Source of the DNA: Eledone cirrhosa
Taxonomy: Eukaryota
Reading direction: 5' to 3'
NCBI GenBank assembly: GCA_964016885.1
Contig: OZ024740.1
Coordinates: 260,028,001-260,092,000 of the forward strand
DNA: 64,000 nt
Shown: positions 12,820-26,058 of the stretch, piece by piece
Numbering within the stretch: position 1 is the first letter of the stretch
Layout of the letters: each line of letters opens with the position of its first letter
Made by a program: the position numbers and the translations under genes
Notes under the pieces: generated by a model
Told to the model about the DNA's origin: nothing
The model's database searches: none
What the model saw: the letters and a program-made list of their open reading frames with translations, nothing else

Positions 12820-13280
12820 ATCCCGCCGAGGTTAACTTTGCCTTTGATCCTTACGGGGTCGATAAAATAAAGTACCAGTAATGGACTGGTTTATTGCTGG
12901 CCTTGTGCCAATAGTAGAAACAATTATTTATATGTCAGTTAACTTTGCCTTTCATCCTTACGGGATCGATAAAATAAAGTACCAATAATACACTGAGTAA
13001 TTGCTGACCTTGTGCCAAAAGTAGAAACAATTATTTATATGTCAGTTTTCTTTAAAATGTGATATTTTTTTGTTGATCATATCGACCACAGTACATTTTT
13101 TTAAAAGACTGGTGCTTGTTTTATAGCTCGGCGAATTGGCAGGGTCGTTAGAACGTCGGGTATAGTGCTTAGCGGTATTCGTTCTGGCTCTCTGTTCTCA
13201 GTTCAAATCCAGCCGAGGTCACCTTTACCTTTCATCCATTCAATGTCGATAAAAAAAAGTACCAATCTAGTACTGGGGTG
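12820..13280 (+). mobile_element. Cluster of tRNA-derived SINE copies/fragments
   Basis: Repeated gaggttaactttgcctttcatcc..gtcgataaaataaagtaccag core; B-box-like gttcaaatcc. Confidence 0.8.
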
Positions 13281-13809
13281 GATTTTTTTGTATCCCTTTC
13301 TCACTACCCCCCCCCCCTCTCTGTAAGAAATCTGTTGTATTCAGACCCGAAGAGGAGACGGGTTCTGACAGGTTTTAAAATGCCCTAGAACTCTCGGTAG
13401 TTACGACTCCATACATACTTATTTTATAAATCTATTTTGGTCGGACTTCTAAGTTACTGGGAATTAAGACACAGAAACCACACGCACACTAATTACATCA
13501 CTATTTCATACCACCACAACGACACCACTATTCCATAAATATAGCATACACCACGCCGACACCATTCAGTACTAGCCTCGCTGTTAATTAAGGTGGACGT
13601 CACCAGAAATGTCACCAGAAACTCTGGATGCGGATGAAAACCCTGTACACGCCACTAATCCTGTTTAAGTATGAAGGAACCTGTTCAAACATAAGGGTTC
13701 TTGTGTAAAGGGACATGTTCAAATATAGGGTTTCCTGTTTAATTAAAAAGAGTCCTGTTCAAACAGGGATTTTTGTTTAATTATAATGGGATGTATTTAA
13801 ATATAGGGG

Positions 13810-14260
13810 TTACTGTTTACTTACGAATGAGCCGGTTAAAAAATCAAGAGCTTTCGTGGAACCATCTGGGTTGTCTAGAAGTGGCGGCAAAAGACCTGAC
13901 GGTCTTACCCTGTGCCCTTGGTCGAGAGGCAGGTGCCTTGTCTGGGACGTCACTGTTAGTGACTCTTTTGCTCTTTCCCACATCCTGGATGCTGCGGTTA
14001 GGACGAGAACCACAGCTTCTGCAGCCGGGCGGAGTAAGACCCTCAAATATTCTGATCTGTCGGCCAGCTACATTTTTCAGCCTGTGGTTTTCGAGACGTT
14101 TGGGGGAGTCGGGACGCTGACTGCGAGGTTCCTCTCATCACTGGCGGCTCGCCTAATAAGGTAACTGGCGAATCTTGCGAGGGCGCTTGGCTGTTTCAGC
14201 GCATCAGCCTCGCCATCACCCGAGGCAACGCTGCGAGTGTGCTGGCTTGCCTCAAAAATC
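13810..14260 (+). mobile_element. CRE-clade non-LTR retrotransposon 3' fragment (restriction-like endonuclease)
   Basis: EPSGLSR..GKRPDGLTLCPWSRGRCLVWDVTV...KYSDL...FQPVVFETFG, then WLFQRISLAITRGNAAS. Confidence 0.8.
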
Positions 14261-14354
14261 ATTAGAGAGGTTGCCCAGTACTCGCGACATTGCTGTCTTT
14301 CGCTCTGGTGTTGGCTCCGTTGTTCACCCCTTCCTTTACATTTTCTTTATTATA

Positions 14355-15395
14355 TATAATAATAATAATAATGAAATTATTGTGTAAAGTGCTCAGGTGC
14401 ACTACAACTCATCAAAGGTGCATGTATAGTACATAGAATAATGTACAAATGTCAGGAAAATGAACAGTGTATGAGTCATGATACAATAATAATAACAATA
14501 ATGAAATATTGTGTACAGTGCCCAGGTGCACCACAACTCATCAAAAAAGTGCATGTACAATACATAGTGCAATGCACAAACATCAGTAAAATGAACAGTG
14601 CACGAGTCATGATACACACATGTGTGCATGTGCATGGAAGGGGTACATCAGGTGTAGTTTTGGCGTATTTCGGGAAGCATGAGTGTCTTAAAGGATGCAG
14701 TGTCTCGGCAGCTAACAATTGACGCAGGCAGTTTGTTCCATGCTTCAGCAACTCTGAGCGTGAAAAAATGTCTTCGAAAGTCATGGGAGCTGTGCTGTTT
14801 TCTGATCTTGTAGGCATGTCCACGTGTGTTAGACACGTGGAGATCAAAGAGGCGCTCAGGGTTGCAATTGGCGAGATGGTTAAAAACTTTGTGGGTATTC
14901 ACCAAGTCCATTGCCAGACGTCGGAGCTTCAATGAATCCATGCCCAAGGAAGCAAGGCGTTCAGAGTATGGTAAGTGTCTGATGGAGGGTATGCGCTTGG
15001 TTGCACGTCTCTGAACAGTTTCCAGGAGGTCAATGTTCTGAGCAAGATAGGGGTTCCAGACTGATGATGCGAATTCCCAGTGTGGTCGCACCATAGCTGT
15101 ATACAGTTTTAAATAGATGGCTGGAGAGCGGCTAACAAAGGTCTTGCTGAGTGATGCCAAGACACCCTCGGCCTTCTTGACCATCTTAGAGACATGCTTT
15201 GTCCAACGCAAATCGTTGCTGACAGTAATGCCCAGGTCACGTTCACAAGAGGACTTTTTGATATCAGTGTTGTGGAGGGAGTATGTGGACGCTGGATTTT
15301 TCCTTCCAAAATGCATGGTGGTACACTTGTCCACAGCCAGCTTCAGTTGCCAGTCTGTGATCCATTGCTGCATTGTGTCCAGGTCTGATTGTAGG
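14355..15395 (-). mobile_element. 5'-truncated CR1-group LINE
   Basis: ORF 14648..15373 with WQLKLAVDKC, ERDLGI, MVRPHWEFASSVWNP, LETVQRRATKRIP, TRGH, FFTLRV..WNKLP; (ATT)n tail; last ~130 bp of the 3'UTR duplicated. Confidence 0.88.
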
Positions 15396-16019
15396 AAAGA
15401 GATTGTAACATTAAAAGAATATATCTTTCTGAAAGAATCGCGAGCTATTTATAATGTTGTCTAAGCATTTGTAATGTTATTTATGTATATATTTAAAACA
15501 AATTTGTTATGTAAAGGGTCCTGTTGAAATAAGAACGGTCCTGCTGTAATATAAGAATTTGTTAACATATGAAGGGTTTTGTTTATCTAAAATATTTCCT
15601 CTTCTTAGCTCCAAGGCTGGCGCTACCATTAAGGCTAGCCTAGGACGCAGACCTCAGAGAGGTGCGTTACTGAACCTTAAACATTTTTTTTTTTGCCATA
15701 TTTCTAACGAAATACAAATATTTGAATGAATTACTGAAGAATTTAGAGTGATTTACTAAAATGACTATTTCATAAAACTTCGTAAAATTATGTTGCAAGG
15801 TTTTACTTTAAATAGGAACCCTTTAAAATTGGAGGTTTTGTTTCACTGAGTCAGAGGTAAGATGGCATCAAAGGGATCACAGTTTTATACAAAATTGTAT
15901 AACTAAATTAAATACCTCAGCCTCTCATCGGGAACACATAATGGAGTAATATAATTCCCTGCGATCAATAAATAAATCACTAAATATCTTTGCCGTAACA
16001 AATTGGTGGGGATATTTTT

Positions 16020-16540
16020 CTAATAATTGTTTCTACTTTTGGCACAAGGCCAGCAATTACCCAGTGTATTACTGGTACTTTATTTTATCGACTCCATAAG
16101 GATGAAAAGCAAAGTTAACCTTGGCGGGATTTGAACTCAGAATGGCAAGGGCCGTAACTCTATGCATCAAAGCATGGTGTCCGACCCTCTACCGATACTG
16201 CCAATCCCCCTTTTTTTTCTAATAATTGTTTCTACTTTAGGCACAAAGCCAGCAATAACTCAGTGCATTACTGGTACTTTATTTTATCGACCCCGTAAGG
16301 ATGAAAAGCAAAATAATAGTCCCTTATTTAGGCACGAGGCCAACAATTTTGGGGGATGGGAAAGTCGATTAAATCGGCGTCAGTACGTTACTCGTACTTT
16401 ATTTTACCGGAAGGGATGAAAAGCAAAGCTAACCTCGGATATAATAATTGTTTCTGATTTAGGCACAAGGCCAACAATTTTGGGGATGGAACTTTATTTC
16501 ATCAACCCCGTAAGAATGGAAGGCAAAGCTAACCTTGGCT
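16020..16540 (-). mobile_element. Cluster of SINE copies in reverse orientation
   Basis: Reverse complement of the 19270-19457 SINE, repeated about 4 times. Confidence 0.8.
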
Positions 16541-16821
16541 TTAAACCGAGTTTAGCTTTATATTTCTATAATTGCGGCAGCTGTATTTATAAAAAGCACA
16601 TCTAGAGTTGTTTTTCAGGAGCTGAACACAACAGACAACATATTAATCCGATAATTAACGTTATCTAACCTCCTTTATACATGTAATTCTCTCAAATTAT
16701 TACATACCATCACCCTCGCACATTGCTCAACAACAGCAATGACCTCTTCAAACTATGTCTAAAAATATGATTTGTATTATTATGTAAGTGGTGGAAAGGG
16801 TTGATTTAATTTAGTACATAG

Positions 16822-17112
16822 TGGTAAGTAGCCTGGTGGTTAGGGTGTTGAATTTACGATCATTAATATCGTAGGTTTGATTCCTTTACTGGGTTGTGTC
16901 TTGTGTTCTTGAGCAAAACACTTCATTTCACGTTGCTCCAGTATACTCAAATGAAAATGAGTAACAGCAATAGCTGGGGATTTAAACCTTGCAATGGACT
17001 GGCGTCCTGTCCATTGGTGAAGTCATGTATTCTCATTCGCTTTACGCATCGGAAACCGGGATTAACACCGGCCTGATGAACCTTTATGCTTGAGACAGAC
17101 TTTAGACTTTTA
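16822..17112 (+). mobile_element. tRNA-derived SINE
   Basis: tRNA-like head (tagcctggtggttagg...ggtttgattcc), ttgagcaaaacacttcatttcac core, ctgatga..gagacagac tail. Confidence 0.75.
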
Positions 17113-17704
17113 GAGAAAAATGGATATCCAATAGTGTATGTTTATTATATAAATACACACTATTGGGTATTCAAATCGGCGGGATTAAAACTGAAAGAAG
17201 CCGGAACAAAGACCAACATTCTAACGTATTTGCCAATTTGCCACCTTATTGAATCATAATAACGATAAATTGGCAGGGTTGTTAAGTCGACATAGACAGA
17301 CCTGTCAACCTCTAAAAACCCAAACGGAGAGAAATTAGGCAATTTTACATAATGAAAGTTATACTTATTTTCACAAGAGAAGATGTCTCACCCACCCCAA
17401 AGTTGGCGGGAGATCTTGTTGGACTGGGAGAGTCGACAGGTCTGCATACAGTATATCCTGTATTTGTTTCGGCTTTCTGTGCTCTGAGTTCAAATCTCAC
17501 CTAGATCAACATTGCTTTTCACCCTTTTAAGAGTCGATAAAATAGGGTACTAGTCCAAGGTAGGAAGTTAGTGGAGGAATTGTTAGTCTCGGACAAGATG
17601 TCTTGCGTTATTTTGTTTCGGCTCTGTTTTAAGTTCAAATTCTACTTCGGGATTCAAATTCAGTGCAACTGCAGTTTAATGTCCTCTACCCACCCATTTT
17701 GATA

Positions 17705-17980
17705 ACTTTCTCTAAAAGTCTGTCTCAAGCCAGGAGGCTCATCAGGTCGGTGCTTATTCCGGTTCGTGGCGTGAAGCGACTGAGAGTACAATACTCCAGG
17801 ACAGGACGCCAGTCCATCGCAAGGTTAAACCCAGCTATTGCTGGCACTCATTTTCAGTTGAATATACTGGAGCAACATGAAATGAAGTGTTTTGCACAAG
17901 AACACAACTCACAACCCAGCCCAGGAAACGAACCCACATTATGATCGTAGGTCCAACACAATTACCACTAGGCCACGCTT
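17705..17980 (-). mobile_element. tRNA-derived SINE (same family as 16822-17112)
   Basis: Reverse-complement similarity. Confidence 0.75.
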
Positions 17981-18004
17981 TCTAAATAATGTTTTTTTCT
18001 TCTT

Positions 18005-18600
18005 TGTCCACTTATTCCTGAGAGGGTCGTGGAGGGGCAGAGTCCTCAAACATTCCTTCCAGCGGGTCCTAGCAGAAGCAACCGTCTCCAACTGGTACGG
18101 CTGGATCCTCAAGCGAGACCACCCAAGCTCATGGATGTTATCCAATCACCTTGTTCGAGGTCTACCCCTGGGTCTCTTGTCGGTTGGATTTGTCCATAAA
18201 AATCAGTCGAGCGTCTTTCCTGAGACATTCTAACCAAATGCCCATGGTATCGAAGCTGTGATCTCTCAATTTGGAGAAGTAGCGGATCTACCTAGAATGA
18301 TTCTCTGATCTCCGAGCTATGCACTCTATCAAGTAACGTTACTCCAAAGACCCTTCGGAGGAACCCCATTTCGGCCGTTTGTATTTGCGATCGTATTCTT
18401 TCGGTCATTACCCAAGATTCATGACCTAGGTAAGATTTAGCACGAATACCGAATTGAAGATAGCAAGTTTGTTTTTTTACACCTACCTCTCTTCTGATTC
18501 TGAATGCTGAAGCTGGCGCAATACTGCACCAACTCCATCAATTCTTGCACTTAATTCAGCCTGCTGCCTTTCATCACTCGTGAACACGGTCCCTAAATAA
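18005..18600 (-). mobile_element. RTE LINE 3' fragment
   Basis: Reverse complement of the 20810-21140 family; encodes LGWSRLRIQPYQL...ASARTRWKECLRTLP. Confidence 0.7.
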
Positions 18601-19019
18601 TGTATATTTTTAAATGAAAGTTTCCAGAGGTAAATTTTCTTGTGTAAGTTACAAATATCTTAATGATTTTTTAATTTTTTTAATTTTAATTTTATCTATT
18701 TCCCTAGCAATTAGTAGTCTAAGAAATAACATTACGCCCCAATAGAGAATCTATGGCATTATCATGACTGATATTATTCATCAACATAAAATTCGAATTA
18801 ATGATATTTAAAATAAAAATAAAACGTATCTGGGCTTACGTTTAGCCTGCAGCAAACACAAATCGAAAGTTTGATTTTTTTTTATTTCATCAAAATAATT
18901 GCCAGCTACATCACGGAAAACGTACATTTATAAAATATATATTCTAAATATACATTATCATGAAAATAAAGAAGTATAGTTAATACAAAACAGTGAGATA
19001 TGTAATAAATACGTTGCAA

Positions 19020-19235
19020 GATGTCGGTACAATGAAGTAGAAATATGTAAAGGGAAAAGGATGACAAATAAAACAAATCAAAGTAATCTTTTGCCCAGTA
19101 TATTTCAATATGAAAAGATGGTATTAGCCCTTAATTATCATGTTGAAATATACTGAGTAAAACATTACTTCGTTTTGTTTTATTTATCATCCTCTGTCCT
19201 TTATATATTTCTACCCGCACTGTACCGGCTTTTTG
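19020..19235. repeat. ~215-bp imperfect palindrome (MITE-like)
   Basis: gtcggtaca...gtagaaatat...aaataaaacaaa...cagtatatttcaatatg pairs with catgttgaaatatactg...tttgttttattt...atatttctac...tgtaccggc; half copy at 49290-49375. Confidence 0.7.
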
Positions 19236-19269
19236 AAACTTGTCAATCATTTATTATGAAAGTTATATA

Positions 19270-19457
19270 AGGGCGGTGAATTGGCAGTATCGGTAGAGGG
19301 TTGGACGCCATGCTTTGACGCATAGAGTTATGGCCCTTGCCATTCTGAGTTCAAATCCCGCCGAGGTTAACTTTGCCTTTCATCTTTACGGGGTCGATAA
19401 AATAAAGTACCAGTAATGTACTGGGTAATTGCTGGCCTTGTGCCAAAAGTAGAAACA
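19270..19457 (+). mobile_element. Full-length tRNA-derived SINE with 17-bp TSD
   Basis: A-box-like tggcagtatcggt and B-box gagttcaaatcc; flanked by attatgaaagttatata at 19253-19269 and 19458-19474. Confidence 0.88.
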
Positions 19458-20474
19458 ATTATGAAAGTTATATAGGAAATAAAGTCATACCAAGCTGTAG
19501 GGTTAAATCATATTTTAGATTGGCAAAAAAGTGAAAGGAATAACGATTATATGAATGAATAACGGAGTATATTAATAAGTATGCAAGGACCGTTTCTATT
19601 ATAAAAAGGTTGTTTGAATTCCTAAAAAAAATGTTCTACATGTACTCTCGGGTCCCAAATAAGCGGGGGAGTTGGAATAAGCAGGAGGAGGACATCGGTA
19701 ATTTTTCTAGGTTGTCTCCGTTGATTTAAAAAAAAGAAAACAACACAATTTGTCGTATAGTTTATATAATTGAGACCTCAACTCATCCTATTTATTCTAT
19801 AACGTATAGGATTTCTTGTAATGTTCTTTTCTTTTTTTTGTCATGTATAATGTGTTTTTTTTTTATGTCCAAAGAAAATTTATTATCGCAGGAATGCTAC
19901 CACTTAAAATAAAATTTCGACGGAGATAGATGAGCAAAGTTTAATAAGAGCAGGGATGGGGTTGGAAAAAATCCGAAAAATTAATAAGAGTGGGATGGGC
20001 GATTATTCGAAACCTGAATGTAGAAAATATTCTCCTTGACTTCAAATCACAACTGAAAAATTAGACCAGAAACTGAAGGGAGACTACTCACTTTATTATA
20101 GCATTAATTAATTTACAGAAAATCACGAACTTTTGAAGTATTAGTCGGTTTGTGGTCGAATCTGTAGCGGTGGAGATTTCCAGCATTCTTGGTCCCCTTA
20201 CCACCTCCTTACTTATCATTACCGAGCCCGAATTGGTCACCTGAAGGACTGAGCTCCCTAGATTTTGAATGTCTATTTCAACGCGTTTCCCTCATTATCC
20301 TTTGGAGTGACGCTTTCTCCAATTTCTCAATTAGGGATAAAGCAGCGGATGAACCTGGGGTTCTGTACGCCAGAGAGCCTTCTCTCATAGGGTAATGATG
20401 ATTGGGGTATTCTTTCTCATATTTTATAAACTTTTTCACTTTAAAACCAACAAAATATTTGTGTTCGGATAAAT

Positions 20475-21140
20475 GGTACTAAATCGAAACCATTCGATGT
20501 GGGAGTCGGGCTCCGTCAAAAGTACCTACTGTCACCTCTCCTGTTCGTTATTTTCATGAACAGGATTGACATGCGCAGCCGGAATGTAAGTGGTAACACG
20601 ACTGGCGCGTGTAAAATCAGTCGGCAGTAATTTGCAGACGACATAGTGTTACTTAATTGACAGAAGGTGATCTCCGACATGCACTTGATAGGTTTGATGC
20701 TGAGTGCTGCATGGCTGGAATGGAAACGAGTGCTGCGAAAACTGAGACACTCATCCTCTCACGGAAGTTTGCGCATTGCACTCTACATGTGAATGGAGTT
20801 CCACTGGTGAAGTTCAAGTATCTTGGGGTCGTACTCACGAGTAATGGAAGGCAGGAGGCTGAATTAAGTGCAAGAATTGACGGAGCTGGTGTAGTAATGC
20901 GCCAGCTTCAGCATTCAGTAAGCAGAAGAAGGGAGGTAGGTGTAAAAACCAAACTTGCTATCTTCAATTCAGTATTCGTGCTAACTCTTACCTATGGTCA
21001 TGAATCATGAATCATGACCAAAAAAATACAATCGTGAATACGAGCAACCGAAATGGCCTTTGGAGTAACGTTACTTGATAGAGTATGTAGCTTGGAGATC
21101 AAAGAATCACTCCAGGTAGAGCCACTACTTCTCCGAATTT
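20475..21140 (+). mobile_element. RTE LINE RT fragment
   Basis: GLRQ..LSPLLF, FADDIVL, FKYLGVVLT, LTYGHES. Confidence 0.8.
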
Positions 21141-21464
21141 AGCCCTAGGTCAGCCTTGATCAGATAGACCGATGATCAAAGACATTCTAGCCGTCGCCAT
21201 CCTGACTTATTTATATATTTATTTATGCAATATTTGTACTCTTACTTCTGCCCTTTGTTTCTCACAACTGACACCAACACATCAAGCGCATCTTCTCTCT
21301 CTCTCTCTCTCTCCTACTCTCTCCCTCTCCTTCTCTCGATCATTCTCTCCCTCCTAATCTCCCTCCCACTCTTTACATCTTCTCTCGATCCCTCTCTCTC
21401 TCTCCCTCCTACTCCCCCTCTCTCTAAACCACCTTACCTGACTCTGTTCCTCTTCCTCCTATTC

Positions 21465-21730
21465 TCCCACTTATTCCCGGAGGGTCATGGGGACAGAGTC
21501 CTCAAACATGCCTTCCAGCAGGCCCTGTTAAAGCAACCATAGATGTTATCCAATGATCCTACTTGGTGGTCAACACCTGGGTTTCTGGCCAGTTCAGCTT
21601 GTTTTGCCCATAAAATCTGTCCAGTGATTCTTTCCTGAGACATTCTAACCACATGTATATAATATTGGAGCTGTGATCTCTCAATTCAAAGATTAACTCT
21701 CTGATCTCCAAACTACACACTCTATCGAGT
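21465..21730 (-). mobile_element. RTE LINE 3' fragment (same family as 18005-18600)
   Basis: cacttattcc.gagggtc.tgg..agagtcctcaaaca..cttccagc shared with 18010-18070. Confidence 0.65.
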
Positions 21731-22129
21731 AAATATAAACTTAATGCACAAAATTAGATTTAGAACTGCACAAACAGGAGTCAAGTGCTCATTAAAATAA
21801 TTACTGATGTGTGCGTGGGCTGTTCTAATTAGTTTCTTGTTTTCTTAAATGATATCTTCATTTAATTGTATATATATATAATTCAATTAGATTTATAATT
21901 ATGTCATATATAATTTAATTTAGAATAATCATTTAATCACTATAATTGTATAATTTTTTTTAAATTAACAAGTCTTAATATAATGTATTTGCCCTTCCTT
22001 ATCATCGCACCTCCCCACTACTACTACTACTACTACTTTTAACCACTTCAACCATCAGTGGAATCCTATTAAAATAATGAGATTATTAGGGTGGATTAAC
22101 AACTTGAAGATTGCATCTGTCAAGAGCAA

Positions 22130-22320
22130 GACATAACTAATCTACCCAGTGTTGAAATATGTGGTCAGACATGACTATTCCATACACTGCATGTTATATA
22201 TATAAGTAACAGGACATGACTAATCTATACACTGCATAATATAAATATGTAACAAAACATTACAAATCTATCCACTAATCTGTCCAGAGCAAGACATGAC
22301 TAATCTATACACTGCATTTT
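22130..22320. repeat. Short diverged tandem repeat (gacatgactaatctatacactgcat)
   Basis: Motif recurs 4-5 times. Confidence 0.6.
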
Positions 22321-22329
22321 TTTTTACTT

Positions 22330-24690
22330 GTCATGCTGGTCTCCTTTGGGATGTGTTGCCCATGATGGTAATACAACTAATGAGGCTGTGACTAAAGAGG
22401 AGTAGGGACCCCACAGAAGGTATTTGGTGCATGGCCCATCACCATGTGAATATGCCTTGACTTTATACCAATCACTACCCCAGCGTATGGGCAAATAGTA
22501 CCTGCAACAAGTTGCTCCTGCGTCTGTCTCAGTTTTGCTGTGCCACCAGTTTCCAGGGCATCTTGCCAAGGGAGGCTGCAGTGCGCTGGGCAGAACTGTC
22601 ACCTTTTAGCGCAGCCTACTTTTTATGAGATGAGTAACACTGAATCTTGCCCTAGTGCTACTACATACGAGGTAACCAATGTGCCTCGTTATATAGGTGG
22701 GAGAAAATGACCAAAGTCCATATAGTTCTACTGCTTTCGGGGTAACCTATGAAAATTCAATTTCAATAAACAACAGATTTTCCAAGAAAGAGAGGTAAAT
22801 GCTTAATCTAGCAGCCTGGAATGTTCGGACTACTAATGATGATACAAACTCTCTCAGGCCTGAAAGCGCTACAGCTATTATCTGCAGTTGGATCGAAAAG
22901 GCAGGTATTGATATTTGTGCCTTGAGTGAAATCAAAGAGAGGAGCCATACTATCTTTTGGAGCAGAAAAGATGACAAAACAGCTGGGGTTGGATTTGCTG
23001 TCTCTAATAAATTTAATCACATCAATCTAGTTCCTATTTCTGAGAGACTGCTCGAATTCAACTGAAAAACAACTCCTATCTCATTTATCAGTGTCTATGG
23101 ACCCACAATACAACGGTCAGTGGTTAAGGAGGAATGTTTCTATGAGCTACTTGATGAATGCATTATCAAAGCAAGAGGGGATGCCATTGTTATTTTTAGT
23201 GATTTCAATGCTTGTGTTGGAAAAGTTTGGAAGTTATGGCCATCAGAAGTTGGAGTAGGAAATGTGAACTCTAATGGCTTAATGTTAGAATGTTGCACCC
23301 GCTTTCAACTGTCAATTATGGGCACAATATACCAACTAAAGAATTTGCTCAAGAACAATTGGAAGTATTCATGCTCCAAACAATGGCATCGGCTATAGCA
23401 CGTCCTTGATAATCCAGAAAATACATCAACATCACCAAAATTGACCCTCATGCTGATTATTTCACTGACCATAAACTCCTGATCTGCAAGTGCAGCTTGG
23501 GGGTAAAGAAAACTATGAAGGAAACCAATCCTCCCTGAAAGCCTAACACTTGCCTGAATACTGTAAAAAAGACAAGCTTGAAAGAATCCTCAGCAAACAA
23601 ATACCAAATTGTGAGGTGTCTTGGGACAACTTGAAAGAAGTCCTTCAAAGTGTTGCCAAACAATTATTTCATGAGAAAACAAGGAGAAATAAAGATTGGT
23701 TTAAAGATCAGGAGCAAGAAATTCAGAGGCTTCTGAAAGCTAAGAGACAGAGCGGCGATATAAAAAGACTAAAAGATGAAATTAGAAAACTCAAGAACAA
23801 CTGGTTTCAATAACAAAAAACCCCAATAACATTGAAAGAGTTGCTTAGAAGAATCATATAGAACTCTATGCAACTCTCAATGCAGTATATGGTCCCAAGT
23901 CCAAAAATCTGCATCCTGGTCAGTCGAAGAACAGTGACCTTCTTTCAACACCTGAAGACATCAAAGACAGATGAGTTGAGCACTTTAGTAAACTCCTCAA
24001 CCAACCAAATGATGCTAATTGGGAAATCCTAAATGAAATGGAGCTACAACCAGTCATTGAAGAATTTGACAACCCTATCACCATGAAAGAACTTGAGACA
24101 ACACTCAAAAACACTAAACTTAGGAGTGCAAGTCCTGATGGAATAGTCCCAGAGGCTTTAGTTGATGTTGGCAATGCCTTGAGAACATTTCTGATCTAAT
24201 TTTAATCAGTTCTTACCATCTGATCTTATTGATGCTAAGATTTCTATTCTTTTTAAGAAAGGTGATCATAGTCTTTGTGAAAACTGCTGTGACATATTGC
24301 TTAGTGTAGTTGGGGAACTCTTTGCCGACATCATATTCCAGAGACTATAATGGCTTGCTGAAAAATTTTACCCCGAGGAACAATCTGGATATAGGAAGAA
24401 TAGAAGCACTATAGATGGTATTGTGACCTTATGTCAAATTATGGAGAAATGCAGAGAACAGCAGTGTAATTTACACATCGTCTTTATAGACTTCACCAAG
24501 GCTTTTGACTGCGTCAATCGAGAGCTACTCTTTGAAATTCTGAGAAAGTTTGACTGTCCTGCTAAATTTGTTAGTATCATTAAGGCTCTATCAAACCCTA
24601 TCAACTACAATAGTGTGGTGAAGCAAGGCTGCAAACTAGCCCCTACACTGTTTGGGCTCTATGCTGCCTTGCAGCTACACTCACTTATGG
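22330..24690 (+). mobile_element. Decayed RTE (BovB-like) LINE: 5'UTR, APE endonuclease, N-terminal RT
   Basis: NLAAWNVRT, IDICALSE, GVGFAV, SDFNA.VG, NSNG, FTDH; RT MEKCREQQ..LHIVFIDFTKAFDCVNR, VKQGCKLAPTLF; many stops and frameshifts. Confidence 0.87.
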
Positions 24691-24729
24691 AAAAGGCTTT
24701 GGGAGTAAACTCAGGATAAATCTGGAGCC

Positions 24730-25320
24730 GGAGTCCCTAAGACAGTTCGATGTTATATCTAACCCCATTCTGGCAACTCCTGTGGCCCTACTAGTACCAA
24801 GTTGTACTGGTCTTTGCCCTTCCCTTGGACAACACCGGTGTTGTGAAGAGGGGAGATGTGCTGCATGGGCAACTACCAATCTCACATAAAACCCTGCCCA
24901 GGCCTGCGCCATGAAGAGGGTACTTCATCGTTGTCTCACAGCGGCAGCAAAACATGGAAAGCAGCAGTCTACCGGTTATAAGTCTTCACATGATTAGTGT
25001 ATGAGCAAGGCGACAGGTGCTGCTTTCGACGTAGGGACAGGCCATTGTGCCTCACTGGACAGCTACCACCCACCTCAAGCTAGGCAGCCCCCAGCGAGCT
25101 AGGTGCTGTCGTGCCACAGCCCAACTACTCCACTGGGTGCGAAGGGCTTAGGGATATTAATATACCGAATCGTGGGTTGTAAATACTGCACAAAGAAAAT
25201 CAATGAAGAAGCAAACAAAGAAACAATGTGTGAAACCAGCATTCATACTTGGATGTTGGAATATATGGATCATGACTACTGATCTGTCAGATGATCTTCA
25301 AAATATGCGATGAAATATCA
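24730..25320 (+). mobile_element. 5' end of a second RTE LINE (UTR and start of endonuclease)
   Basis: GC-richer UTR followed by PAFILGCWNIWIMTTDLSDDL at ~25236-25298. Confidence 0.55.
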
Positions 25321-25431
25321 ATGATGGTTGGCAAATCACTGACGAAGGACTATTTTTATCATATGTAACCCATGTGCAACCACGCAGTATTCTTCTTTCT
25401 TCTCATGTTTTTTATATATATATATATATAT

Positions 25432-26058
25432 ATGATAATAAGGGCGCTGCGGACGGAGTTGCAAATGGGCCACATATGAAAAAAGTTTGTCCTTCATCAG
25501 TGATCTTCCAACCATCATAGGCATTTCGTCGCTTTAAAGACCATATACCTCCGGTTGGTGCGAGCAACGGCTAAAAAAAGTCGTTGGGACACGTAAATAA
25601 AGGGGACGCGAGGGTAAACAACCAAAATGGTGAAGCAACAGAAAGTGAGGAAGAAAGAGACAAGTCCCAGATTTCTATGAATTTAAATTCGGTGAAATCG
25701 TGAACGAGAGAATAAAGACCATCAAACCTGGTTGAAATGTGAGCAAGGAAGGAATTTCGCACAGGTCTAATGGGAGGAAGAAGGGGTCTGATTCAGGTTT
25801 GAGGTTTACCACTGTATAGAGCTGGTCTATTCCGTATGGTCAATCGTAATGCAATAATATAGAGAGTACTCAACGTAAGGCAGTTCAACCGTCTTTGTTT
25901 TTGTAGTTGGTGGTGCTATTACGGAGTTAAATATCATAATGAAATGACAGGAGGCTGGATTTGTGTAAATCCTTGAAAGGTTTATTATACTATGATCATT
26001 TCAATGACCGGGTTCCGTATGAATCCGGTGATATCATCAGGTATTCGAAATATAATAC
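25432..26058 (-). repeat. Left arm of a long inverted repeat (hammerhead-bearing, pLTR-like)
   Basis: 25432-25790 and 25936-26058 are reverse complements of 32362-32715 and 32122-32245. Confidence 0.85.
25987..26044 (-). ncRNA. Minimal hammerhead ribozyme motif (family 2)
   Basis: ATAC-CTGATGA-tatcaccggattc atacg gaacccggtcatt-GAAA-TGATCA-TA-GTAT, then AATAAA. Confidence 0.75.

Noticed and set aside
13343-13445. Degenerate hammerhead-like layout (ccgaaga-ggag...ctcc)
   Set aside because: Both core boxes deviate from consensus
17070-17100. CTGATGA in SINE tails (also ~6287-6313, ~17722-17745, ~47313)
   Set aside because: Followed by GAGAC rather than GAAA and lacking stem I; fits a LINE-derived 3' stem-loop
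17297-17444. MITE with 13-bp TIR (cagacctgtcaac/gtcgacaggtctg)
   Set aside because: No clear TSD and no second copy in the window to confirm it
19270-19365. tRNA gene
   Set aside because: Only A/B-box-like motifs without a full cloverleaf; it is a SINE head with a TSD
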